This document shows, one piece after another, positions 31,021 to 44,418 of a stretch of DNA of 64,000 nt. The DNA comes from Octopus sinensis. Taxonomy: Eukaryota. A program made the position numbers and the translations under genes. The first letter of the stretch is position 1. Every line of letters starts with the position of its first letter. The notes under the pieces were generated by a model. The model made no database searches and had not been told where the DNA came from. It worked only from the letters and a program-made list of their open reading frames with translations. The DNA lies in contig NC_043001.1 in the NCBI RefSeq assembly GCF_006345805.1, positions 72,664,001 to 72,728,000 of the forward strand, written 5' to 3'.

Positions 31021-31024
<4 letters not shown>
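30358..31024. repeat. ~190-bp inverted repeat pair plus internal direct copy
   Basis: 30358-30545 is the reverse complement of 30781-30968; ~30580-30682 is a direct copy of ~30920-31024. Confidence 0.9.
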
Positions 31025-31091
<67 letters not shown>

Positions 31092-32589
31092 ATCCTAAAT
31101 AATACCAGCCTACCAACAAACTAAAACTTACCACCTACTTACATTCATTTGGGAACTCTTAAAAACTCATTACTTAAAAGCTGACATACCTTGTAAATAT
31201 ACCTAACTAGAATGGTTTAAATACAGGACTGAACTCAGAGAATTTACCTTCATATTCTCAAAAGAAAAGGTTAAATATCCCATTCATATCCAAATAGAAC
31301 CAAGAACAACTAAACTGACTAACAACTTGACTACATTCTTTTGTAAACTACTATGACCTGACGATGATACACCTACATATACACTCATGATTACAAAGTT
31401 CTATAATGAATAAATTCTAGCACATAACCAAATTTAATCAATAAAAAATTTCCATAACACCTTGCCATCACACCTGCCATACAACCTAATTATTATTCAA
31501 TGGAGCTCAGCTTAAGCTAGAAAATTTTAACTATATGAAACCAAGATGATCTCAAATGCACCACAGTCTACTGATGGCTTAACTGGCTGAAACTTTACAG
31601 TCACATACAGGTAGGTACCTCAGTTAGTGTTGGCATATATAAATACTATTTTAATTACTGGTATGTATGGGAGATAATTTGAGAAATGCTTTCACCTTTT
31701 TCTTACCTCATCAGCTTTCACTCTACTTACCCATGTAGTAATGAGAGCAAATCTTTCAGTAAAGATACAATATTGTACATTGTCTCTTGTTGGAAATAAA
31801 AAATCATGTTAGTCTAATGATTTATTCTGAATAAAGCAGTGATAGTAACTTACCATGTGTACAGAGAACAGTGAGAATTTGAACAATGATTGCATATTCA
31901 TTTTTAACATGTTCCAGAAGATTTGAATGTGAAATTGCTATCATATTTCATCATTGGAGAAATATCTTGTCTTTTCAGGTGATGTGTATTGGCATACTCA
32001 TTGACATAAGGGGTGTTTGAGACACAAGGGTCTCTTCAGTCAAACATACTCCCTTGGGTGAATGTGTTGACAACATACATCATCTGAAAAAAGGTGTTTT
32101 CTGAAGACAAAATACAACAGTGATTAACATATTCCTGTCCAAATCTGCCAAAATGTATTAAGAATGAAAGCAGAGTGAGTTTCCAGGGAACTAGAGGTGG
32201 CAGTAAGTGGGTAGAATGAACAGAGTTGTCTTCTTCATAATGAAGGTAAAGGACATTTTAAATTGCAATGTATAGATATTGTAGACATTGTTCTTGGTAT
32301 CGCTGTTGCTGTTGCCACTGTTACGTAGTCTCAAGTATGTCCTGATGAAGTATTCAGTCCTATAAATTACAAGGATGTCAGCTAAACAAAAAGACACATG
32401 CATGGTGCTTTCTGCACCTGTACTTTCATAGATTCTGAGAGTTGCTGAGCAGTGTCATATACTATTATGTGGTGTAGTGTACTTTGATGTGGTGTCACAT
32501 AAATGCTGTAGCTTAGTTTGGTATAAGATAGTGTGGAGTGGTGTTGTGCAATATACTGTTGTGTGATTTGAAGGAAATTTGGATGTTAT

Positions 32590-33238
32590 TTCTAGCTGGC
32601 TGTGCAACCAAAGTAAAGGTATGAGATGATGATGATGATGATGCTGATGCTGATGAAGGCAGCAGTTGTGCTAGAGGTTTCAGTAGGTGTAGAAGTAGAT
32701 GCAGAGGATGTGGTTGTAGTAGTGGTAGTGGTGGCAGTAGTGTTTGTTGTGTGGTAATGGGAGTAGTGATATTGACAGTGATGATGGTGTTGGAGCAGGC
32801 AATAGTAATAGTTGTTCAGGTTGTGTTTGTGATAGTGGTAATGGTGGTAGTAGTAGTGATGATGGTGGTTTTGATGGCAATGGTAGAGATAGTAATATGG
32901 TGGTAGTGTTTGCATTAGAAGTGGTGATCGTGGTATAGGATTTGATGGTGGTAGTCATTGTGTGATGTAGTTGTGGAGATGGTAGTAGTAATTGTAATGG
33001 TAATATATATGGTAGTAGTGGATCCAGTAGTGATTATGATGGCAGCAGCAGCAGCAGCAGCAGCAGTAGTATTAGTAATAGTAGTAGTAGTAGTGGTGGT
33101 GGTGGTGGTGGTGGTGGTGATGATGATGGTGGTGGTGGTGGTGGTTGTGGTGGTGGTGGCAATAGCAACAGAGTAGTAGCATTGGTGGTAGTGATGGTGA
33201 CAGTAGTACTGGTGGTGGTGGTAGTACTGGTAGCAGTG

Positions 33239-33270
<32 letters not shown>

Positions 33271-33530
33271 GATGATGGTGGTAGTACTAGTAGTAGCAGT
33301 GGTAGTGGTGGTAGTAGTAGTACTACTAGTAGTGGTAGTAGTTGTGGCGGTTGTGGTGGTAGTGGTTGTAATAATAATAGCAATAGTCGTGATGGTGATG
33401 GTGGTGTCGCTGCTGCTGCTGCTTTTGCTGTTGCTTCTGCTGCTACATATGGTGGTGCTGGAGGAGATGTTGCTCGTGGTGGTGACGAAAGTTATGACTA
33501 TATAGTGATGGTGGTGGTGGTGGCGATGCT
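32590..33530. repeat. Degenerate (GTG/GTA/GAT)n trinucleotide low-complexity tract
   Basis: Direct reading. Confidence 0.9.
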
Positions 33531-34559
33531 TCGTAACAACTGACGCACAATTATATAACAATTATTAGTAAAATTTAATTAACTCTTTATTGTTCTATGA
33601 AATCTTACGGGAGGGCATTTTTAAATATTAGTGTCACTTAGTTCGGCAGATGTAATAAAGGCTCTATATTTTAGGATAAAAGATGGTGTCGGGCTATGAT
33701 GTGGTGGCCACATGAAGAAACCCCAAAGAAACTAAGAATCGAAATCGGATCTCTTCCCTCGTTGTGTACATAGTCTTGCGCCAACGCATGTTGCTTTGTT
33801 GGTGAAACCCCTGGTTGGCCTGATTGAATAGAACAGTGATCCACGGCGTTCCAGTCTTGGTTATCCCGTCTGTTTGTAATTTCAAGGACTGGATTGTCTG
33901 TCTCAAGTGTCTCTCCTATTTAAAAGGGATAGGATGTGATTTGAGGGGAATTTGGCTGCCGTTTTCTAGCAGGTCTAGCGATCTACTGAGGTTTGTTGGC
34001 TTGTTGGCTAAAATATTGATTTCAAAATTTTGCACAAAATCAGCAAATTACGCCGAGATCGACTTTACTTTTCATTCTTTTAGGGTCGATAAAATAAGTA
34101 CCAGTTAATGACTGGAGTCGATGAAATCGACTTGAACCCCCACCCCACCCAACCCGAAATTGCTGACCTTGAATCAAAATTTGAAACCCATGTTAACATT
34201 CTAAACATGATGACATCAACATGACTAGATATGGTATCGATATAGATATAGCTGGACATTATGATATCAATATAAACATAGATGGATATAATGATATCAG
34301 TGACATGGCGAAACATAATATCAATGTCAACTACATATGACAGTAATATCAACATTGTTGGACATAATAAACATCGTCAACAGCATCGACAAATGCAGCG
34401 AAAACCAAAAAATAAAAGAATATAGAAAAAGGTGAACAAAATTGTATCAGTTACTGAAGGAATCAAAAGAAATAAACAGATGTCTCTTGGAGAGATCAAC
34501 TCAATAATAAATTATATGACTGATCGGAAATGTCGATGAGAGACAAAATGGTTAGTTCC

Positions 34560-35045
34560 GTTGGAAAAGGAAGAAATTGAGAAATTATATTAGCATAAGA
34601 TTTATTCTCAATATAAAATAAAACAAACAGAAATAGTGACGTAATACTACGTCTTCGTTTGTTTATCAGAAGAAGTGAGTAAAAAACAAGGCCAGTGAGA
34701 GCGATCATTTGGCCAGTAGGCATTTGTGGTTGTGAAGCATAAACTCTGAACAAATATATCAATGCATTTGAAATGTGGGTGTAGATGAAAGACAGCTTCT
34801 GAACATTGTGAAGAAACAAAATCTCATCTATTATGGCCATATTTGAAAAAACAGAGGTCTGGAAAACATTATCACGGAAGGGATATTGGAAGGTAGTAGA
34901 TGAAGAGGCAGGCAAAAAATGAAATTGATGGACAATATCACCAGCTGGTTGGACAAAAGTGGCAACGCAGCTGGTGAACACGCGGTTATGTGGTCAAACT
35001 TTCGTTGTAATGTTATTACTGCGCTGCAGGTGTACGATACATGAT
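34560..35045 (+). mobile_element. Highly decayed RTE (BovB-like) 3' fragment
   Basis: VRAIIWPVGICGCEA*TL..INAFEMWV and GILEGSR*RGRQ..MDNI. Confidence 0.65.
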
Positions 35046-36575
35046 GACAAGTTACTGAGTGTCATTATTTTACACCTGTGTGGTTAAACACTTTGCTTTT
35101 CAACTATGTGGTTCTTAGTTCGACCTCACTGCACAGCTACTTAATCAGTTATCATCTACCAAAATTTTTAATTGTACAAAGTCTCCTGAGACTTACTAGA
35201 CTGAAACTGTGTGGAAGCCTGTTGGTTGTGTGTGTGTGTGTGTGTGTGTGTGCGTGCGTTTGTGTGTGTGTGTGTGCATGTGTTAAAATGTATAGTTTTG
35301 TTCGATTTTTGTTTTCTTCGTACGTTTTTGAAGAAAATAACTATGAATATTTCACTTTCAAATACAATAAACTGTGCATTGAAAAAGAAAAAAAAATGAA
35401 GACAGAGAAACTGGAAGAACGAAGGGAAATGTAATAAACATAGCGAGAGATCTGTTAAAACATTCGAACAACAAAACAGTTGGTTCTGCTGTAAACCTGT
35501 TTCAAATACTTGAAACTACTGTTTTGAGGCGGGTAAACTATCTTACAAAAACTTTCAGTTGCCTAAACAGTAAATTCCGCAGTTTGTAAAGTAAATATAT
35601 TTTCCCACTAAAATAATTATCTGCATACAACAATTGAGAAATTTTTTAAAATCATGAAAACTCCTTATCATAAAATTAATTCGCTAATATTTATCATTTA
35701 CCACATTTTGTATGAGGAAATTAAGGTTTATTAGTATTTTATACTATTACATAAAAAATTCTTTTGACATATATCTACTGCCACACATATTACGTACAAA
35801 CACGTATTCGTACATACAAAAGATATTATGTGCTTACTTGCCCTAGAAATAACTGCTAAGTCTCCTTCAAATCAGCTAGAAAGACATAATAAATGAAAAC
35901 ACAGCTTTACCATGAAGTAAAACAAAAACACCAACGACAACAAAAAATGTGAATCACTGGTCTATACGGTAAATTAACAGTTAGAAGTAGCAGTCAAATA
36001 TCTCTCAAATTATACTCTAACACAATGGTTCACGATCTGCTGGTACACTAAAAATCAAAGTAAACATTAAAAAAAAAACTGTTTGAAAGTTAAGCAATTA
36101 GAAGAAAATATTCAAAGGCTTTTTTTCTGTTATATTTCAGTCGAAAGGGATGGTAGTGTACATGACCCTTTCAGAGCGTTTAAGACTGGTGGGAGGGAGG
36201 GAAGGAGGGTATCCTCAAACTGGTAACCTGACCCGAATGCCTGCAAAAGAGTGGACTCCACTAAAGGCCCTCAAGGTGTCAGGAGGTGGTGTTAAACTGA
36301 GTAAGGGATTCAGTCTACTATCATGGCATTTGAACACAGAACACAAAGAACCAGAACAAATACCGCAAGCCATTCTGACTGATGTTCTTATAGTTCCATC
36401 AATGCACAGTCATGAATTGGTACTATTTTTTTCAATCACAAAATGATGAAAGACAAATTTTACATCGGTGGTCTGCTGGAGCGTAAAAAGCAAGGTCTTT
36501 GTCGATAGGAAACCATTGGTCACTCTATGACCAGACATTAACTTAATTACTTTTAATATATATATATAAATATAG

Positions 36576-36623
<48 letters not shown>

Positions 36624-37299
36624 GATAGATAGATAGATAGATAGACAGGTACATAGATCGAGAGAGAGAGGGGGAGACTTTTTTACTATTTATAAATTTT
36701 CCCCGATTTTGTTGATCCGATTATGTTGTTCGCTTTGTGTCAACATTAACTTCGTGGTTGTCAAACGTCTTCTCTCCTGCAACGGTAGATTTAGGAACAA
36801 CAGAGCAATTTTCTTGTAACTTTTGTTTAAGAAACCTTCAATTCTCTGTATCGGTCCAGCTATAGATAAAAGACTAGCGATGAAATCGGTGCAGCTCTGG
36901 ACAAAATGCATTGCGACAATATAATTCTATCAGTTTCTTTTGCCAAATCGCTAAATTACAGGAACGTATACACACCAACGTCGGTTGTCAAGCTGTAGTG
37001 GAGGGCAAACACAGACAAATACAGACACACACGCATATATACACTCACCCCCACACATATACACACACACATACGCATGCACACACACGCACATACACAC
37101 ACAAATATTTTTTCTTCAGCAACCACTATTTGTTATTTATCCTCTCCCTTTAATGTTCTTCTGTATCTTTCTTCTGAAGAAGAACCAGTGTCCGAAACGA
37201 CATGGCTCATTTACTTCTTTTTAAGCATTAGAGTAATGCATTTATTAAAACTTCTGTCTTCTGTCTTCTTTCATTTTGTGTTCATTGTCTTCCTTATAT

Positions 37300-37387
<88 letters not shown>

Positions 37388-37683
37388 GTATGTGTGTGTG
37401 TGTTTACGCGTGTACACGTGTAGATATGAGTGAGTATGTATACTCACCCACACATACACACACATGCAAATATCTTCTTTGAGTGTACATGTATACATAT
37501 ATACACATGTATACATATGTACATATGAATCTAAATGTATATGAATATATGTGTATATGCGAATCTAACTGTACATGAATATATGTATATACATATGTAC
37601 ACACACTCTTACGTATATATACATACATACATACATACATACATACATAATATATACATACATACATATATACATATATATAA

Positions 37684-37716
<33 letters not shown>

Positions 37717-38449
37717 TACATACATATATATGTTTGTATATACATATGTTTGTATATGTATGTTTGTATATACTAAGACACACATACACGTGATTATTAT
37801 CTGCTTCATGATCATTATAAAATTCTTCCGTAGCTGCAGTAGTCAATGTTGTCTTTTAGTCCCAAGATAGCATTGACTATCCCGTCAATTATCCAAAGCT
37901 AATCTATCTAGACTACATTGTCCTGCGTGTGCTTCCTTTTCTATGGCACTGGTATGTGATTCATGGGAGTTATGCCAGCTATTTCTATCCGGCTGAATGA
38001 TATCATTTATGCTTCTTTAACGGTTTGGTCTACTGTTATGGTTTAACTGGTCACAAGGGCCACTTTGGTAGGGGTATCAGTTTTGTTAGACTTCCTTGAA
38101 ACATTAAATTACTGATATTTATATCAGCAAAATTAGAGAGATGAAAGTCAAGTTAGATTCAGTGGGATTCGAACTCTGAATGTTTAGGAATTTAACCCAA
38201 CATGCTACTGTTTAATGCAGCTCCTTCATACTATCATCCTATTGATTTCTTGGATTGACATAATCCTAAATTTTAGTCAGTCTATGGTTAGAGAAACAGT
38301 TGTGTTGACTTCAGTTGTTTGTTGATATGTGTTGTTTGTTAAGTCGCATGAAAAACGTTTAAAAAAATAGTTACAATTTTAACTAAGAAAAAAAAGCACG
38401 TAACAAAAATATATTATTCAAATATTTTATTTAAATGTCTTCCTTATCT

Positions 38450-38770
38450 TTTATCTTTTACTTGTCTCAGTCATTAGACAGCGGCCTTGAAGAGTTTTTA
38501 GCCGAACGAATCGATCCCTTTACATTTTTTTTTATGTTTAAGCTCGGTACTTATTCTATTGTACTCTTTTGCCGCACCGCTAAGTTACGGTCACATAAAC
38601 ACACCAGCATTGGTTGTCAAACGGTGGTGGGGTACAAACACAGATACAAAGACACACTCATAGCTATATATAAATACTTATATGTACGACAGGCTTCTTT
38701 CAGTTTCCGCCGACCAAATTCACTCACAAAGCTTCAGTCGGCCCGAAGTTATAGAAGAAAACACCTCTAC
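38450..38770 (-). mobile_element. Family B SINE fragment
   Basis: Reverse-complement match to the 21017-21436 body; similar fragments at ~23170-23350 and ~36920-37030. Confidence 0.7.
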
Positions 38771-39234
38771 AAAGAAGACCATATTAAGCAATATAGTTCC
38801 TGTAATACAATGAAGGGATTATCACGACAGGAATGCTGTTCATCTTAGTTTTGTTCGATTGTGACTGATCTGGGAATATACAGCAACAAGAAAGTTTACT
38901 TCTAGCCGACGAGGGATGACGTCTGTGTGGGTGATCAACATGTTTGATATAGCGGCCAAATTTTTCTCAAACCATACCCTAATATCATAAATTAAGAAAG
39001 GAAACATTGGAAAATATAATCCTGCATGTGCAGGAGAGACTGTATGTACGCATGCACGTATGTATGTATGTAAGTATGTATGTCATTATTCAATTTATTT
39101 CAAGATTTCTTGCCAATAGAGAAAGAAACGGTTTCTAACCTAGATCCAAGGCTCTTTCATTGGAATTTCAACATCAGCAACAGGGTATATTTCTATTATA
39201 GGTACAAAGTTGAATTTGGGTGGGGTGAGGGAGG

Positions 39235-39405
39235 TGTTAAGTCGATTACAAGGACCTTAGTACTCAACTGGTACTTATTTTATCGACCTCAAAAGGATGA
39301 AAGGCAAAGTCGTATTTGACAGAATTTGAACTCAAAATGTAAAGATGGATGAAATGCTGATAAATATTTTACCCAGCACGCTAATGATTCTATCTCCTCG
39401 CCACC
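39235..39405 (-). mobile_element. Family A SINE
   Basis: CTGGTACTTATTTTATCGAC..AAAGGATGAAAGGCAAAGTCG. Confidence 0.8.
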
Positions 39406-39407
39406 AT

Positions 39408-39440
<33 letters not shown>

Positions 39441-39459
39441 AATAATAATAAAGATGATG

Positions 39460-39529
<70 letters not shown>

Positions 39530-39546
39530 TAATAATAATAATAATA

Positions 39547-40080
39547 AATGCCCTGATACAATACCAGGCAGTAGCTCTCATGGCTTCTGATCTTAACTGA
39601 TTGGAAGTGCTAACATGTACATATTTTGTCTTGGTATAAAAGATGGGCTACAGCAAACATTCTGCTCAATACCACTGATTTATTTGTCAGTTGTTTGACC
39701 TAAACCAGTTGAGCATGTCCCTTAGTGATTGACAATATGTGCATCTCTGATCACGAGCAGAAGTAGTGGGGGAACATCATAGACATGTGCTGAGAGGGAT
39801 TCTTTGGGAAATGAATAATTTACCCCCTGGAAACTTGGGTTTTCCGTTCATCTTCTTTAAACAACACTTATTCAAGGATCTTTTGGGCGGGATGGATTAC
39901 TTGACTTCAAAAAATTCTAACCGGGAGACACTTGCAAGCTCATGAGTTGTTTATGTGGATATGAGATCACCATTTCTCGCACATAGTGATGCAGGTGTCT
40001 GGAGTACCAGACGGGTAGTCATGATGGGTATATGTTTACCCAAGCATCACTTTGATGGCGTGTGCTGCTCCCTCACACGT
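39547..40080. mobile_element. Unclassified ~530-bp interspersed repeat starting at a (TAA)n tract
   Basis: Begins AATGCCCTGAT directly after (TAA)n; no coding capacity; I recall it as a frequent octopus repeat, but it is single-copy in this window. Confidence 0.45.
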
Positions 40081-40519
40081 CCTTCCCCACTTTTTACTAT
40101 CTTCTTTTTTCCCTCTTTTCTTTTTCCTTTCCTTTTTCTATCACATGATGTTGTAAATTAACAATCTGGTGTGTTTATTTTAATGGCCTAACAATGCATA
40201 CAATGAATTTCTTTGCCCTAGGTATCGGGAAGACACTCGGCAAGAAATGGAAACAAAATTCAAAAGAAGATAAAAGCTAATCATAATAATAATGATAATA
40301 ATAATAATAATAATGATGATGATGATGATGATGATGATCTCATTTATTTGCCACATGGGCGAAGGATGAGGGGAACAATACAAAGACAGACATAAAGTGT
40401 GGGGGTTTACATATAATGAAATGATAAAAAACAAAAGAAAGGAAGTATACACGTATGTATTGAAAAAGAAGGGACATATGCATAGAATACAAAGGTTAAA
40501 AAATAAATAATCCTTTCTA

Positions 40520-40723
40520 CTGGAGGCACAAGGCCTCACATTTGGGGAGGAGGGGACTACTCGATTACATGGACCCAGTGTTTCACTGGTACTTAATTTA
40601 TCGATCTCAAAAGGATGAAAGGCAATGTCGACCTCAGCGGAATTTGAACTCAGAAAGTAGCGACGGGCTAAATATCGCTAAGCATTTCGTCCAGCGTGCT
40701 AACAGTTCTGCCAGCTCACTGCC

Positions 40724-40724
<1 letters not shown>
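40520..40724 (-). mobile_element. Family A SINE
   Basis: Full head and central domain on minus strand. Confidence 0.85.
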
Positions 40725-40813
<89 letters not shown>

Positions 40814-40831
40814 TTAATAATAATAATAATA

Positions 40832-41441
40832 ATAATTTTCGGTTCCCTTCTTGATCATTCCTAGTGCTCCTACGATCACTGGTATTGTAACCGCCTTGAG
40901 ATGCCACATTTTCTCAATTTCAATGAGTAGGTCTTTATATTTTCTGAGCTTGTCAAACTCTTTCGCTGAGATATTATGATCACAGGGGATGCTCATGTCG
41001 ATCAATAAGCAAACTTTATTGCTTTGGTCTTTCACAACAATATCTGGTTTATTGGCCTTGATGGTTCGGTCTGTATGTACTGGAAAGTCCCACAGAATGG
41101 TTACATTTTCTCCTTCAGTTACAATACCAGTGATCGTAGGAGCACTAGGAATGATCAAGAAGGGAACCGAAAATTATATGAGAATGATCCCTGGCTTACC
41201 ATCCCTGCAAGAAGTGCAAAAGATTGTCTTAACTGGTACATCACACGTATTGAGAAGAGCATTGTCGATGTGAGAACTGTTGCTGCTCATGTATTTTAAT
41301 TTAACTTAAAAAAAAAAAATTGAACGAACTACTGAGTTTGGTTTAATGGCCTACCAATATACACTATGAGTTTCTTTGCCCTAGGAGTCGGGAAGACACT
41401 CGGCAAGAAATGGAAGAAAATTTGAAAGAAGAAAAAAAAAA
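40832..41441 (+). mobile_element. Young 5'-truncated, 5'-inverted R4/Dong LINE (RLE domain plus 3' UTR) in (TAA)n
   Basis: Minus segment ILWDFPVHTDRTIKANKPDIVV..LIDMSIPCD..KLRKYKDL; plus segment VTIPVIVGALGMI..VLRRALSM*; no stops; orphan 3' UTR copy at ~40180-40275. Confidence 0.93.
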
Positions 41442-41497
<56 letters not shown>

Positions 41498-41809
41498 TTA
41501 TAGGGACAATACAAAGACAGACATAAAGTGTCGGGTTTTATATATATTGAAAATATAAAAAAAAGAAAGAAAGAAAGAAAGAAAGAAAGTATATGCTGTA
41601 TGCACCGAAAGAGAAGGGACATATACATAGCATTACTGTGATCATGCAGCCATTTGGCTAAATATTATTTGAATTAAGTAATCCTAGTAAAAACGTTTTT
41701 TTATGCATCCTTGTTTTGTTTCTCTCGTATTAGTTTCATTTTTGCCCATGAACAGATATATCTCTCCCCTAGTACTGTAACCAACAAAGTAGCCATTTCG
41801 TCGTTCATG

Positions 41810-43789
41810 AGATTGTTGAGATGCTAGAGCGAAGACGAATTGATATGTGTTGCATCCGAGAGGTAAGGTGGAGGGGAGCTTTTGCCAGGTCCCTCACAGG
41901 CAAAGAACATAGGTATAAAATCTTCTGGATAAGCAACAGTGATGGGGCTAGTGGCGTGTGCATACTTCTTGCTGAGAAATGGGCTGATAAGACAATCGAG
42001 GTAGTCAGAGTGATAGGATAATTAAACTTAGACTAGTATTGCAAAGTGGAGCAACAACTATTATTTCTACTTACACTCCTCAACCGGGGCTGCCACCCTT
42101 TTGCGGTCTACCTCGTCTACAAATGACAGTGTCCTCCTCTTCGTGGCCGATGACTTCAATCGGCGTGTTGGGCAGCATTCGGATGACTTCCATGAGGTGC
42201 ATGGAGATTATGAATTGACTACATTCTTACCAGAAAGCGGGTAAGTTGGTTGCTCGTAAATTCAAAGACCTTTCCAGGTGAAGAATGCGCGTCTCAACAT
42301 AGGTTAGTTGTTAGTGACTTCAGGCTTCGAACTAGAAGGATACCAAAAACTAAAATAGTTTGGTAAAGAAAGATCTGGAAGCTTAAGGTCCCCTGAGTAG
42401 TCAGAGATTTAGAGACGTTCTAACTGAAGCATTTGACGAGAAGGAAGGGGAAATAGTGCCATGTTACATCAAGGACATCTGGCGGCTCCAACGGTACAAA
42501 TTAATGAAGGCCAATGACCAAATCTGTGGCAAAGTTCCATCCAGACCTAAGGTAACATGGCGGTGGTAGATAGGGTCATTAGAACAAATAAATGGGCCTG
42601 GATGGACTGGAAGAGTGATGGTAGCAGAGAATTATAACAGGTAGCTAGAAGAAAATCTAGGAGTCATATATATTTAGCTTGAAGAGAAGCAGACGGCAAG
42701 AAGTTTGCCAATGTTATGCGTCGTGAAGACCAGAGGTTTGAGGTGTTCCAGATTACATAACAGTATGTCTGAGAAAATCGCGATGTTGTAGGAGAGGAAT
42801 ACGTTCACATGGATGATGGTTCACTTGCACTTAGTGATTCTGTAAAGTAAGAGGGTTTGAAGTACCAATATGAACAGCTGCTAAATGTAGAGAACACTTA
42901 AAAGAAGGAGAGTCTGCCAATTGTGGATTCAGCAAAGGGACCAGCTATCTGAACAGAAAGTAGCTTGGTAGATAAATTAATTAAAGACATGAAGAGACGG
43001 AAATCCCCCAGTCCATCAGGAATCCCCGCTAAGATGCTTAAAATACCTGGCGGAGTCGGTTATGGCCTAGTCACTCGTATAGTTAATCAGGTTGTCCACG
43101 TGGGAGCCATACCCAATGACTAGTATAGCAACATTATAGTCAACTGCGACAACGGTGAAAATGACGCCTTAGGGAGAAATAATTTCAGAGGTATCAAACT
43201 GCTGAACCAGGTCATGAAAGTTACAGAGAGAATCATAGCTCAAATAATTAGGAAGAGAGTTAGTCTAGATGAGATGAAGTTTGGTTTTGTTCAAGGGAGA
43301 AGCACTACTGATGCTATATTCCTGGTAAGGCACTTGTAGGAAATATTTAATCAAAAATATACCTCTGTACTTGACTTTTTTCGACATGGAGAACGCTTTT
43401 GACAGGGTCCCCAGCTCCCTTATCTGGTGGTCAATGCGGAAGCTAGGGATAGATGAGTGGCTAGTGAGAACTGTACAAGCCATCTACATGGAGGGTGTTA
43501 GTAAGGTGAAAGTCGGCAACGAGTAGAGCAATGAATGTAGTGTACAGGTAGGAATTTCCCAAGGATCGGTTCTCAGCCTCCTTTTGTACATCATGGTCCT
43601 CTAGGCTATAACAGAGGAAATGAGACTGGCTGCCATTGGAAGCTCGACTATGCTGATGATCTTGTTCTTATCGCCGAATCCTTATCAGAACTAGAGAAGA
43701 AATTTCAGATGCGGAAGCAAGGTCTAGAACCAAGGGACCTTAGAGTTAATTCAGCAAAGACCAAAGTCCTAGTAAGTAGAAAAACAGAC
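41810..43789 (+). mobile_element. Decayed RTE-clade LINE, 5' half (APE and RT to domain 6)
   Basis: RRRIDMCCIREVRWRG, NFRGIKLLNQVMKV, GFVQGRSTTDAIF, DMENAFDRVP, QGSVLS, YADDL, NSAKTKVL. Confidence 0.92.
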
Positions 43790-43828
43790 ACACACACACA
43801 CACATGCGCGCGCGCGCACACACACACA

Positions 43829-43896
<68 letters not shown>

Positions 43897-43897
<1 letters not shown>

Positions 43898-44418
43898 GAA
43901 GGAGTGCTCAAAAGTAACCGGAAACGTTTTCTTATTTCTTTACTACCCACAAGGAGCATAACCGGAAACGTTTTCTGTGGGACTGAGTCTTTGTTTTGCA
44001 GTTCTCCCCAGTTCATCAATTTTTGCGATGGCTGAAACGAAGGGACAGCGTGCTTCCGTGAAATTCTGTTTTCTGCGTGTCGTGAACTGAAAAAAAGCTG
44101 TTTAATTTTATTGAGTGGAAGTTTATATAGAGGAAATGTTGGCAGTTTATCGACCTTTCTTCGAGCGTCATCATTGGTGACGAAAGCTGGGGCTATGAAA
44201 TTTGCAGATGTGAAAGAGGTGCGGAGAAAAACGATGGTGGCGTTAAAAAGCATCACTTCGCAAGAGTTCCAGCACTGCTTCGAACAGTGGAAAACGCGTC
44301 TAGACCGATGCATTGCTTCAAACGGAAAATACTTTGAAGGCGATAAAGGTGTAAATTTGTAAAACTAAGTGAATAAAATAACATTACAAAATTCCGGTTT
44401 CTTTTGGGTACCCCCTCG
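43897..44418 (+). mobile_element. Internally deleted mariner (MITE-like)
   Basis: TIRs CGAAGGAGTGCTCAAAAGTAACCGGAA / TTCCGGTTTCTTTTGGGTACCCCCTCG, TA on both sides; transposase ends QRASVKFCF and FQHCFEQWKTRLDRCIASNGKYFEGD. Confidence 0.92.

Noticed and set aside
32342-32348. Isolated CTGATGA words (also ~45996 and minus strand ~55012)
   Set aside because: No properly spaced stem II-GAAA-UH, so not called as hammerheads
32592-33561. Mucin-like or His-rich protein
   Set aside because: Degenerate trinucleotide tract open in several frames on both strands; no splice or domain support
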